DNA of 64,000 nt from Octopus sinensis (Eukaryota). Position 1 is the first letter of the stretch, and each line of letters opens with the position of its first letter. The notes under the pieces are model-generated. The model saw only the letters and a list, made by a program, of their open reading frames with translations, had not been told where the DNA came from and searched no databases. This document shows, piece after piece, positions 50,602 to 63,440 of this stretch. The DNA lies in contig NC_043002.1 in assembly GCF_006345805.1 (NCBI RefSeq), positions 6,200,001 to 6,264,000 of the forward strand, written 5' to 3'. The translations under genes were made by a program, and so were the position numbers.

Positions 50602-50945
50602 TTGTTGTTTGTTGAGAAGTCCGAAACGTGGTCCTTTGCTATTCGCAAGACCCGCAGAAGAGAAAGCAGGTCAACCCCCGACACCGAGAGCATCGACGGA
50701 TGGATGAATGCGCATCCAGGCTCAGCGGTTGCGTAGGAAGTCGGGGACAAGCAACAGGAAGAAAGAGTGAGAGAAAGTTGGGGAGAAAGAGTACAACAGG
50801 GGTCGCCACCACCCCCTGCCGGAGCCTCGTGGAGCTTTAGGTGTTTTCGCTCAATAAACACACACAACGCCCGGTCTGTGAATCGAAACCGCGATCCTCT
50901 GACCGCGAGTCCGCTGCCTTAACCATTGGACCATTGCACCTCCAC
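50602..50945 (-). mobile_element. SINE-C (tail type 1) with perfect 12-bp TSD
   Basis: Reverse complement of 23342-23675; TSD tgttgttgctgt at 50590-50601 and 50946-50957. Confidence 0.92.
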
Positions 50946-51659
50946 TGTTGTTGCTGTGTTTAGTTCTCAGATTGGTAATTGTTTATGTCGAATATGCCTA
51001 TGATGAAAAATGTTCCAATAAAGACCATCGTGTTTACCTTTTTAAACGAGCTTATCCAACGTCTCTGACTCTGTTAAACAGAAATGTGGGAATTGTTTCA
51101 TGTGGCTGCTTTTTCTTGCAGCTCAAGTAACCAGAGAATAAGTCTAATTTTATACATAATGTTAGTGTTGTCTCAGAGTGATTATAAGGTGCGACGGAGA
51201 GCCTCAAATATAAGTCTGCGGGACATTGTGCACGCTTTTTCCATAAGCAGAAATTCAGAATCACGAATTTGAAAATTATTTTGTAAACTCACGAAGTTAA
51301 AATTATCAAGAGACCGTCTCAAGAACATCACGCATAGAAATCTGGAAAAACATCAATATTAGACTTGTAACTTCATTATAACATAAACTTAAGTAAAGCC
51401 GGGTACCTCTGCTTGTATATAGATGTATGTGTGTGTGTGTGTGAGTGTGTGTGTGTGTGCGTGTGTATCTGTATGCAGATATATACACACAAACATATCT
51501 AGAATAGGAAGAGAAAGAAAGAGGGATAGAGAGAGAGAGAGTGTATAGTCACTTTGACGAAACTTCTGGTACATGAATGGCGCCTTACCTTCGAATGCAT
51601 GAATAAATTCTATTGCATGTATCTCTAGTTTTTAACTGAAACGCGAATATATAAAACCT

Positions 51660-52430
51660 GGATAAAAACTATATGCAGCATATCCAAAGGTTCTAGAATA
51701 GTTCTATACAGACACGATGATTTAACACATGGACGGACTCATATTAGACATGTTTATAAAAATGTAATAAATGCTTTCAAGGACTTCAACCTCAAAATAA
51801 CTATCCAAAGAAACATTCTTATGGTAAATTTCCTACATATAACACTAAACCTAACCAAATGAAAATACAATCCTTATACAAAATTGAACGAAGTGATGCT
51901 ATATATAAACAAGTAATCCAACCGCACAACTTCAGTATTAGTAGTCAGCAATATATGCCGGAGAATCACCAAAATATTCTCCGACAAATAATTTTTGATC
52001 AAGAATTACAATTCTACAATGAAGCTCTAAAAATGAGTGAATTTATTGGAACTTAGAAGACATGCCCCAAACCAGGAATTACAAGCGTGTTTCGTGGTCT
52101 GCTACCACAACAGTTCCTTTATAGAATCCAGTTAGCTCAAGACATCATCAGGAGGAACCACGTCCGGTTTCGGCCCCTACTCCTCAACCGTTTTGACGTG
52201 GCAGGGCCCCTCACTTTCTGAGGTGTCTTCAGCTCTGGTGTTGGGTGCATGTCTTCTTTCTTCTGTTCCCTGGCCTCTTCGATGTAGCGTCAGCGAGTGT
52301 CAGCCGGTGACTGACTGACTTGTCAAATTTTCCCCTTTAAATACCTGCCGACGTAAAACAAAATTGAACCAGAATTAGGAAAAACCTTGTTCAATTTGAC
52401 AAATATGGTAAGACATTTCTCACCCGATAA
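51660..52430 (+). pseudogene. Penelope-like reverse transcriptase C-terminal fragment, interrupted by repeat Z
   Basis: LYRHDDL (decayed LYRDDGL), NAFKDFNLKITIQRNILMVNFLHITLNL, YNPY, LYINK*SN, FDQELQFYNEALKMS; after the insert LGKTLFNL..RHF. Confidence 0.75.
52074..52350. mobile_element. Unclassified repeat Z (about 280 bp), copy 1
   Basis: Collinear match to 62065-62350. Confidence 0.85.
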
Positions 52431-53594
52431 AACAGAAAAGTCCAGGACAGCTACATAAAAAAGCCCTAATCCAAACTGTTATTACAAGATATGTAGAAAC
52501 CCACAACACATTGGTGAAAGTTAATGCGACTTATCAAGATCCCGTTCATTGAGTCGAAATTGTTCAGCAAAGAGAAATGTAGTTTAACTCGTAAATTGTG
52601 TTAGAGCAACAAGTCAGAAGTTCCAAGTGATATTAACAGACGTTGAGAAATATACACAAAAAGAACACACTAGCTCTGTCGAAGTTTCTATCGGATCTAA
52701 AGTAGAAACTATAACGTAGTCAATAATATTGCCAAATGTTACACAGACGGCTCGGGAACATACACTACAGGAAATAATCTTATAATCATGCAAGAAATAT
52801 ACTTTCTTAATGAAAAAAAAATGATGTGATATTTCGTTGCATAATATAATTTTCAAAGTGGCTGAATTTCAATAAAGATAAATATTTAATTATGTGATAG
52901 CAATAATAAAAGAGGAGGTATAACAATTCCAATCATATTGGAACAGTAGTTAACAACGAAGAGAAAGACAAAATTAACCTACGAATTTACCGACGAAAAA
53001 TACTGATAATCTTGAGCCCCCGGACACAGAACACAACAGAATAATATTATTTAGTGACAACTTATTGGAACATAATTATATGATGAATGATTTATTTAGC
53101 ATCATATAAAGTCATGTAGATGTAGCCACATTTCTCCCTCTTGTTTCTCTCAGTATATATGTATATGAATTTGTGTGTGTGTACAATCAAACTTTCTCGC
53201 TTTCTCATCCTTTTCTCTTTATTTATTTCCCGCCTTTCTGAATCCCTCCATCCTTGTCTATTTAATCTCGATGTTTAATCTCAGATTATGCCGCCACTTC
53301 TGCTTGTTTACTTCCACATTAACGTTCATTCTATCCAAGACCAGCGACGCAAAATGTCTTTTTTGGTTCCTGTCACCTTTTACTTTTTCGCTTGTTTCAC
53401 ACTTCTTTTTTCTGTTTTTTTTTCTCCTTCTTTTTGATAAAAGGCGTCACCCAAAATCTCATATTCAATAGTTTCCTTTCTTAACATATTGAGCTTCGTT
53501 GTACACTTCTGTTTTGTCCTTTAGCTTTATACATCTACGCTTTCAGGCATCTGCTTTCACTCGTGTGACACTGCGGAGAAAATGTGCACTTTAT

Positions 53595-53625
53595 CTCAGC
53601 CATATCTCGTATTTGTTATGTGATA

Positions 53626-53721
<96 letters not shown>

Positions 53722-53830
53722 AATCTATCTATCTATCTATCTATCTGTCTGTCTGTCTGTCTGTCTATCTGTCTGTCTATCTATCTATCTATCTATCTAT
53801 CTCAGCCATATCTCGTATTGTTATGTGATA

Positions 53831-53899
<69 letters not shown>

Positions 53900-53924
53900 G
53901 TCTGTCTGTCTGTCTATCTGTCTG

Positions 53925-53999
<75 letters not shown>

Positions 54000-54033
54000 C
54001 AGCCATATCTCGTATTTGTTATGTGATATGTCA

Positions 54034-54101
<68 letters not shown>
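53595..54101. repeat. Three-unit higher-order repeat (unique head plus (TCTG)n(TCTA)n), period about 200 bp
   Basis: ctcagccatatctcgtatttgttatgtgatatgtc at 53595, 53801 and 53998. Confidence 0.9.
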
Positions 54102-54102
<1 letters not shown>

Positions 54103-54585
54103 GGGAGATTTTACGAAAAAAAACAAAAGACGAAGACAGGTGGTGTACAAAACAAACAGATGTATTAGTATAACGCTCAGGAACAGAAAAAGTATTCTAC
54201 GTTTCGAGCCTACGATCTTCTACAGAAAGGGACACAGAAAAAACAAGGAGAGAAATAAAATGTGTGTAGTGGCTAACGATCAATCATGGCGTCTATCTAT
54301 ATGTTTCTGAGTGTGTTTGTGTATGCATGTATACACAAGGAACAAGTATTCCTAATTTTCTTTTCCATATGATTACCTTGCATTATCAATAAATCTTTTA
54401 AAAAAGGTATTCAAAAAGCGGATCTTTCATTACAGCAGTCTTGGTATCACCTGTGCTCATAACAATGAAACACGACCAATTCCACATTTTTCTCATTCAC
54501 GATGGCATACATAAGTTGTAGTTTAGGTGGGGCCACCGCTACCTCCTACGTGAAGTGCTATCGCGCTGATGTATTTTCATTATAG

Positions 54586-54688
54586 TGGGAATTTGGTGGT
54601 GGTGGCGAAGATGAATCTTCATTGTCGCATGGCAGAGATCCACTACTAGCAGTTCGAACAAGAAAAAATTCTGCTCCTGAATTAACAT
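54586..54688 (+). CDS. Candidate internal coding exon WEFGGGGEDESSLSHGRDPLLAVRTRKNSAPELT, gene unknown
   Basis: Acceptor ttttcattatAG, consensus donor GTAAGT, only one open frame, unique sequence; no homology recognised. Confidence 0.4.
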
Positions 54689-55076
54689 GTAAGTGGATGA
54701 GTATTCCATAGGCATATGTTCCTTTAATGTAATTCTCATGCAGAACGAACGTGGCACATTGTGCATCAACGCTGTACATTTTGAATCACAGGATCCATCT
54801 TCCCAAAGGGCTTCAATACAGTTTCCAGTTATTCAATTTCGCCTATAAACAATGAGGCTACAGAATACGAAATTTATCTGAAATGCTACGCAATGGGATC
54901 CAACCTGGAACCACATTATTGATGAACTTAACCTTTCGGTTAAATAACATAGAATATCTATATGATAAGCTGGAACTTAAACCAAGTTCATAATCAATAA
55001 CGTGTTGACAGTCATTATTTAATTATGTATGTATGTATGTTTTTATGTTTGTATGTTTGTATGTATATATGCATGC

Positions 55077-55109
<33 letters not shown>

Positions 55110-55149
55110 TGTATGTATGTATGTATGTATGTATGTATGCATGTGTGTA

Positions 55150-55475
55150 TGTATCTCAGGTCACATGTCAGACCTCTCATGAATGTTACTGGCAACATGG
55201 GATCCATTAAACTGGTTGCATGGTCGGGTTGTCGGCGACTAAGCCTACATCCATCCACTGGTCTTGCTGGTGAGGAAAGTTACTAGAAATCACGTAGAAC
55301 TAACATCAAGACCTGGCTCGATTCAGAGGTCACTGCTACGAGAACTGAAGCTGCGTGCTCGAGACCGGATAAAGCCGACCGCGGATGCAAAAACATTATG
55401 CACAGGCATTGCTGGCATTTTGCACGGGCAATGGTCAGTGTGATCTTCCTCGGTCACGAGTGGACAGTAATCGTG
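55150..55475 (+). mobile_element. Probable RTE-type LINE 3' end, followed by a (TATG)n tail
   Basis: Decayed KSRRTNIKTWL and LRARDR resemble the RTE C-terminal RKRW.DNIKEW...A.DR pattern; GC-richer island between microsatellites. Confidence 0.45.
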
Positions 55476-55476
55476 T

Positions 55477-56077
55477 ATGTATGTATGTATGTATGTATGT
55501 ATGTATGTATGTATGTATGTATGTATGTATGTATGTATGTATGTACGTACGTACGTATGTATGTATGTATCTATGTATGTATGTACGTATGTATGTATGC
55601 ATACATGCATACATGCATGTATGTATGTACGTACGTACGTATGTATGTATGTTATATATATATGTATGTATGTATGTATGTATCTGTGTATGTATGTATG
55701 TACGTATGTACGTATGTATGTATGTATGTATGTATGTATGTATGTATGTATGTATGTATGTATGTATGTATGTATGTATGTATGTGTGTATGTATGTGGT
55801 GTGTGTGCAGGTATGTATGTATGTATGTAAGTATGAATGATTTTATGTATATATGTATGTATGTATGTATGTATGTACGTATGTATGTATGTATGTATGT
55901 ATATATGTATGTATATATGTATGTATGTATGTATGCATGTATGTATGTATATATGTATGTATGTATGTATATATGTATGTATGTATGTATATATGTATGT
56001 ATGCATGTATGTATGTATGTATGTATGTATGTATGTATGTATGCATGTATGTATGTATGTATGATTGTGTGTATGTG

Positions 56078-56108
<31 letters not shown>

Positions 56109-56220
56109 GTGTGTGTATGCATGCATGTATGTATGTATGTATGTATGTGTATATGTATGTATGTATGTATGTATGTACGTACGTACGTACGTACGTATGT
56201 ATGTATGTGTGTGTATGTGT
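55477..56220. repeat. (TATG)n microsatellite, about 740 bp
   Basis: Direct reading. Confidence 0.95.
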
Positions 56221-57200
56221 GAAGTACGTGAAAACTGGATTATTTGAACTGCACGACGTAAAAATAGAAATGAGAATAAAATCAACAAAAATACTACTGA
56301 CAATGACTTATATGATGATGGCGATGGCGACGACGACGATGATGACGCCGATGATGATGATGATGATGATGTTGAGGAGGAGGAGGAGGAGGAGGAGGAT
56401 AATGGAAAGTAACATCATCTTTCTGAAGTAGATTATAACTTATTCCCTCCATTGGTTTCAAATTCTTACGTCAGGTTTTCGGTCGTCAACATTCCATCTT
56501 GGAGCTTGTGCAGTTTATCAACGTCCGCATCATCAAGAAAAATCATCATCATCATCATCATTCGTCTACACAATCACCTCCACCTCCTTCTCCTCTTCCT
56601 CATCGTCGTCGGGGTCTGTGGTATCTATCCTCGCCATCGTCATCATCACCACCATCGCTGTCTCAATTAGAAGCATTAATATTCGTGTTCCTGTTGTAGC
56701 TTCTAACCATAACACGTCTAAGTGTTAACGTTGTCGTTATTGTTGTAGACGTCGTTGTTGTTGTTGTTGTTGTTGTTGATCGCTGGACGTAATGAAGCAG
56801 ATGTCAGCTGTTTATCAAAAGAGAACGCATACTTTGCTCTTGCGATGTACTTCATCTTCAACAACAGAAAGGAAGGCCTGTCAAAATCACACACACACAC
56901 GCCCATATATATCTGTGTATATATAATGCTTGAATAGATGTATTATATACATGCACACATACTACAAAGCTATACAAATGCAACAATTACATATGTCCCC
57001 CTCTCCTTCCCTCTCTCTCCTTCTCTCTCCTTCTCTCTCTCCCTCTCTCTCCTTCTCTCTCTCCTTCTCTCTCTCCCTCTCTCTCCCTCCCTCTCTCTCC
57101 CTCTATATCTGTCTGTCGCTCTCTCATTCTTTTTCTCTCTCTCTCTCTTGATATATATATATATATACTTTATTTAAAGCAGCAGAAAATTCAACAAAAC

Positions 57201-57238
57201 CTGTTACTCTGAGTTTCTCGTTGCCGTTCGTCGGACAG
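57201..57238 (-). ncRNA. Hammerhead-like motif with U4C core variant, in (TA)n-flanked repeat W (about 57170-57330)
   Basis: Minus strand reads ctgt-CCGACGA-acg(gcaa)cga-GAAA-ctcagag-UA/acag; 4-bp stem I, GNRA-capped stem II, 3-bp stem III. Confidence 0.5.
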
Positions 57239-57324
57239 TTTTTTGCTAGAATAAAGCATATCACTCTACCACTGGTATTTGAGTACTCTTTTTTCCACAT
57301 TGTTTCACATTTATGTGTTTACTC

Positions 57325-57377
<53 letters not shown>

Positions 57378-58793
57378 CATACATCAGTGTATGTATGAAG
57401 GTACCATATCTACCTTTACGTCCCTCTTTCTGCCTCTGTCTCCATCTCAAAATATAGATACATTTGTGACTGTGTTTGCATGCGCGTATGTTCGTATGTA
57501 TGTGTGTGTGTGTGTGTGTGCGTGCTTGTGTGTGTGCGTGTGCGTGTGTGTATGTGTGTGTGTGTGCGCGCGCGTGTGTGTGTGTGTGTATGTTATTAGT
57601 TCCCTAATGTCTTAGCCTATTAATATTTCTTAGTGTGGGCCGAACAGAAAAAATGGCAGCGATTTCTCACAAAACATTCCAAGGGAATGTATAAAAGCTA
57701 AACGAACGGCGAACAGAAGAATAAATGTAGAAAACAGCGAAAGATTACATCAATCAAAATAAATAAACACATAATTCAATAAACAAATAAATAAATTATA
57801 TCAATTAGAATACACAGGAAAACGAAAAACAACCACAAATATATCAATAGTTAACGGGAAAATATAAATCTCCGACAGATATCAGAATAGAACCGTACAA
57901 AAATGGTGGAGGTGACCTACAAAATAACACTGGAATGAAATGAAATGATCCTGTATTTTTAGTATTTACAATGATGAATTACAAAGTGTAAGCAAAACTG
58001 AATGTGTACATGTGTGTGTGTGTGTGTATACTTACATGCATACGTACGTACATACATACATACATACATACATACATACATACATACATACATACATAAT
58101 ACATACATACATACATACATACATACATACATACAAACATACATACATACATGCATATATATACATATTATTTTTCATTTACTTCGAAAATTGCTATTAA
58201 ATCGTGGTTTTGGCCGCGTTGGCTGCTATTTCTAGCATGTAAAAATTACCTGTTAAAGGGTAGTTTTCTTTTGTGTTTAGGTGTACACTATTTTAAAATA
58301 TGTTTGTGACATATTTTAACTTCTAAAGGCAAATTCATTGTAGTTACCGCGGAGAAATATTCTTTCGTTTGTTAAAAAGTGTCAAAATACCGTATCTGCT
58401 ATAAATAGCACGAATGCAGGTTTTGAAAATTTTAAACATATAATCTCAAATATAGTATTTCAGGTTCAAACCATGTCGAGAATGGAAAATGCAAGCAAGT
58501 TAAAATTTTTAGCAAACATCTATTATAGTAAAAGTAAAATCGTACGAGATTCATTGATTCAAAGACACATACGAAACAATAATGAGCACTAATCGCGATA
58601 CTAATTCAGATGCCGAACATTTCAGTTGAATTCTTAATTTCATGATCAGTAATGATATCTGCTCTATTATATTCTATCATCTACATTGTATCACTTTCTT
58701 CTTATCTTACCAACAACTGCCGCAGTTGTTAACGATCTTTTAGATGGCTTTGTTTTCCATTGAAAGAGAGTTGGCTACTGAGGAGTAATATAA

Positions 58794-59156
58794 TCTCTCT
58801 ATATATAAACGGCAAAATGTCTGCGTGTATGTCCTTTATACAAATCCACAATTTTTCAGTTAGAGGGCTCGCACTTTCTATGGTCATTCAAAACCGTCCA
58901 AGGGTGGTCGTGCACATCTTTACATTTTCCCAGTCACCCTGCAAAACCATTAAAAAATCAATAGAAGTGACTTTTTGTGAATTTTCTATCCAAAACCCAA
59001 TCAAAATGCCCAAAACTTGATACGCCAATTGAATGCCAGCTAGCTGTATGTGATTGGTCGGAGATTTGGACAGTACTCGCGTGTATGTGCGGACGCACGC
59101 AGCTGCATATGCATGCACTAGCACTATGACCCGGCAACGCCGGGTCATAGTGCTGG
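58794..59156 (+). mobile_element. Non-autonomous Helitron, copy 2
   Basis: A|TC start, perfect 15-bp hairpin 59120-59154, CTGG|T end. Confidence 0.85.
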
Positions 59157-59519
59157 TAATAGATAACTAAGCGAAAACAAGTCTAGACAAAACAGTTTTC
59201 CGTCTTTGCTACACAACATAACAAATAATTTTACGGTGCCTTAAATTTTTCCGAAATTACTGTCAATGTATTACCTGAACATATAACTAGTTCCCGACTG
59301 TTTGCTAAAATCGCTACAATTAAAGCCTAAAGGCAGAAACTTGAGAAACAAAAAATACTTTACTATAATATTATTTCATTATTTTGATTTTAAAAACAAA
59401 AGATAAATGTGGAATGAATTATAAGTTACATGGTAGATGTCCTGCTATAGGTTTTTTATGCTCTTGCAACAGTTATCTTTAGAATGGCGCTACGTCCCCT
59501 AATATATAAATATATATTT

Positions 59520-59885
59520 CTTATCTTTTACTAGCTTCAATCATTAGACTGCGGCCACACTGCTGCTCCACCTTGGATTTTATTAATCGAATGAATCGAC
59601 CTTAGGATTTAATTTTTAAAGCCTAGAACTTATTCTATCGAACACTTGCCAAACCGCTAAGTTCCGGGGGCATAAACACACCAGCACCGGTTTCAAGCGG
59701 TGATGGGCAACAAACACAGACATAAACACACACACACACATAACACGGGCTTCTTTCATTTTCTGTCTACCTAATCCACTCACAGGGATTTCGTTGGCCC
59801 GGGGCTATAGTAGAAGACACTTACCCTAGGTGCCATGCAATGAGCCCGAACCTGTAACCATGTGGTTGGGGAGCAAGCTTCTTAT
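59520..59885 (-). mobile_element. SINE-B, near full length, diverged
   Basis: Reverse complement of SINE-B from tail to head (ccatgtggttggggagcaagc). Confidence 0.75.
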
Positions 59886-61010
59886 TACACACACACACAT
59901 AAACATACACGAGTGCAAACGCACGCACACACATATACACGCACACAAACACACATATATATATACATACATATCTTACTACAGTCGTATTGAAGATGTC
60001 CATGATCAATACACATACATACACGCATACACATATATGTATGTATATATGTATATGTATATATGTATTTATGTGAGTGTATATATATATATATACATAC
60101 ATATACATCTATATATGTATTCATACATACATATATACATACAAATATGTGTGCGATGGTTTGTGTGTGTTTTACCGTAATTTGTCTTACACGTGTTTTT
60201 TATCTGTGAGCCGCAACTGTTATGTAAATTTCTTTGAATATATATAACTACATAGCAATAACCATTTCGACAAAAACATTTTCCAAAAGAAATTTAGAAG
60301 CTTGGCCTGTTCAAAAATCCTAGACTACGTGTTGAAACATTTCAGCTTTGTGTGAGTCTCAATCTACAAATCAGACAAAGAAAAAACATATCTCCAAGGT
60401 CACAGGTGCTAGCATCATGCATAGAAAAAAACACGAAAGCTTTTTGAAAATAATTGTTTAAGAAGACTGACAAATTCTTGTGATTCCAGAGTCAGGTTGA
60501 AAGTATTTCAACCGTCAGTTAATTTGATCTTGAATATCATAACTATCATTTTAAAATCTTTTCACACTTCATTTATCTTATTTCTTTATTTACATATTTA
60601 TTAGTTGGAAATAGTTTCATTCTTGTATTTTTTCTTTTAATTTAACTTTTCTTATTTCTGCAATATTTGCCTGACATCTGTTCCTAACTTCAAAGTTATA
60701 GCTTCGTTATTTCCTAGAAAACATATTTGCTTTTGAGAATTACGTTTCTCTTTTTACCCTCTGAGATGAAGGGTGTTTAATCAGTATTGTTCTTCATCTC
60801 AGAATATCTTCTGTTTCTTGGTACAAGAAAACAAAATCAGTTCAAATCTGTTTTCGCAAATGGGAGAAAATATATAACTGGAACGAATCGACAAATAAAT
60901 TAAGAATCTGCCTTAATTCTTACCAATTGCACCAAGATTCCACCTCTGGGGATTTGACACAACTGGTAAATGCTGAAGGAGGAAGTATGATATACAGAAC
61001 TAGTTACTAG

Positions 61011-61288
61011 CAAGTAGCAAGATCAGTCTTCTCTCAATATATGTATATTATTTTATTTGTACGGGGTTATCATTGTAAAATGTTTTGAACGTGTTAGAAG
61101 AATTAATATGTAACTCCGTTTTAAAGTAGTGAGCTGGAAGAATCGTTATCAAGTAGCAAGATCAGTCTTCTCTCAATATATGTATATTATTTTATTTGTA
61201 CGGGGTTATCATTGTAAAATGTTTTGAACGTGTTAGAAGAATTAATATGTAACTCCGTTTTAAAGCAGTGAGCTGGAAGAATCGTTAT
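61011..61288. repeat. 139-bp tandem duplication (2 copies)
   Basis: caagtagcaagatcag starts at 61011 and 61150; 1 substitution seen. Confidence 0.95.
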
Positions 61289-61475
61289 CGCGCCGGGCAA
61301 AATGCTTAGTGGCATCTCATCCGTCCTTACGTTCTGTGTTCAAATACCGCGGAGGTCGACTTTGCCTTTCATCCTTCCGAGATCGATAAAATAAGTGCCA
61401 GTTGAACACTAGGGTCGATGTAATTGACTTAGCCCATCGCTCGAAATTGCTCTTCTTGTGCCAAAATCAGAAATC
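61262..61475 (+). mobile_element. SINE-A (tail T2) with perfect 18-bp TSD
   Basis: TSD aatatgtaactccgtttt at 61244-61261 and 61476-61493. Confidence 0.9.
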
Positions 61476-62064
61476 AATATGTAACTCCGTTTTGATTCGC
61501 TTCTATTTTCCTTCAACCGACATAAGTTTCCATAAGTCTATTACAATGCAACTTTCTGCATCTCAATAGAAAGATGCAGAAACTGAAAGCCTTCTGTCAT
61601 TAAAATCAAGTGATTTATTCTAAACGTTGTCGTATAGCAAATGACTTTGATATGATATAATTTCAATGCATTTCCTGCGAAGATGAAAAAAAATGAAAAT
61701 AAAAACGGGGAAGAAAAAGTCTATTTCATACAATTAACTCCGGCCAGATCGAAGCCATAGGATGATATCTATGTACAGCTGGAACCTTGTCACTTCCTGA
61801 GGTCTCATTCAGTTTCTCTTAGAAAACTGATGTCTTGTTCTTTTGAATCGAAAGTAATACTCTATAATTTGGCAAAGCTTGAGAGTTATACACATTTTAG
61901 TACATCTAATTTCACCTAGAACAGAAATACTAAACATGCACTACCACATATAAATATAATAATTTACGAAACTTCCTGCAAAATCGATCTCTAGAAACGC
62001 TACACAACTAAGAAGAAAAGCAAACATTGTTGGCGCATGGGTCAGAATTTAAGAAAAGCAACGG

Positions 62065-62350
62065 AGGAATTTCAACCGTGTTTCGTGGTTCGCTACCACA
62101 ACAGCTCCTTTATAGGATCCAGTTAGCTCAAGACATCATCAGGTGGAACCACGTCCGGTTTCAGCCCCTACTCCTCTACCGTTTTGACGTGGCAGGCACC
62201 TCCACTTCGGAGGTGTCTTCAGCTCTAGTGTTGGGTGCATGTCTTCTTTCTCCTTCTTTCTTCTGCTCCCTGGCCTCTTCGATGTATCGTCAGCGAGTGT
62301 CAACCGGTGGCTGACCGACTTGTCAAATTCTTCCCTTTAAATACCTGCCG
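62065..62350. mobile_element. Unclassified repeat Z, copy 2
   Basis: Collinear match to 52074-52350. Confidence 0.85.
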
Positions 62351-63161
62351 CTAGGCTCCACGGTAGTTAGTTCGGAACTCTGTTTCTCTCCAATCAGAAC
62401 TATAATCATATTTTAATACGTTGCGTAAATATAAAAGCTGCTGATACAAAAATGTTTGAACTAGTTCATATCAACTAAATAGGACAGTATTAAAGGACAA
62501 CATTCCAGCCCTTTAGCAAAACCGCTGGAGGTACTGATCATAAAAACTTCAATTAAAACAAACCAACGAAGGAGTCGCTTTATAGCTATTTGACATGCTA
62601 CACATACCAGCCAATCTCTTTCAAACCATACCTTACTGTCTAGGAAAGAAAGGACACAAAGGATAATGTAGTCCTTAATATACTGCAGCAAAATTCGCAT
62701 TAAGTCTTGAATACTTCTCATCAGAGGTCATAGGAATAACACACAACACTAATATGAGTATTCCTAAGTAGAAATTCAAAAATAAAAATAAAGTTAAGAC
62801 AGTGTGACCCTCCACGGACACAACATGATAAAGTTGATGTTACTCAAATGCTATGTATTCCAGCAGTAAGAATTATCCTATTAAGGCATCTAAATGACAT
62901 ACTCCATCAATTCTGTATCTTGTCCAATTTTTACATATTTATTGCTACCCGTTCCGTTTCTCTTCGTCTCCCTCATCCTACCGCTGGTTACGACTTCCAC
63001 TCCCATACAAGGTTTAATTCACTTACTCGGTCTATTTCTTCTTTCAGTCATAGACACACACAAGCACACACGGACGGGCATATATATACACACGCACACA
63101 CATGTACATATATATATATTTGTGTGTGTGTATTTGTATCTATATATATTTATGTATGTAC

Positions 63162-63207
<46 letters not shown>

Positions 63208-63440
63208 GAGAGAGAGAAACTGAGAAATACATTAACGTAGGCGAGGTGGAAGAATCGTAAAATCGTTCTCAGTTCAAATCCCGCTGCAACCAACTATGAC
63301 TTGGGCTCGATGAAATAAAGTCCCAGTCAATACCGAGATCGATGTAATCGACCAGTCTTGCTTCCTAAAGAAAAATTTTTTAAAATTAAAGAAAATATGT
63401 CTGTGCGCTCACTCATGCTTATATCTGTAGCAATATATCA

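Noticed and set aside
52098-52235. Hammerheads in repeat Z (also 62080-62225)
   Set aside because: Core words are present, but stems I and II do not close in register in either copy
62660-62735. Minus-strand CUGAUGA motif, and a possible decayed PLE endonuclease at 62400-62720
   Set aside because: GAAU instead of GAAA and no stem I; the protein similarity is too weak to call
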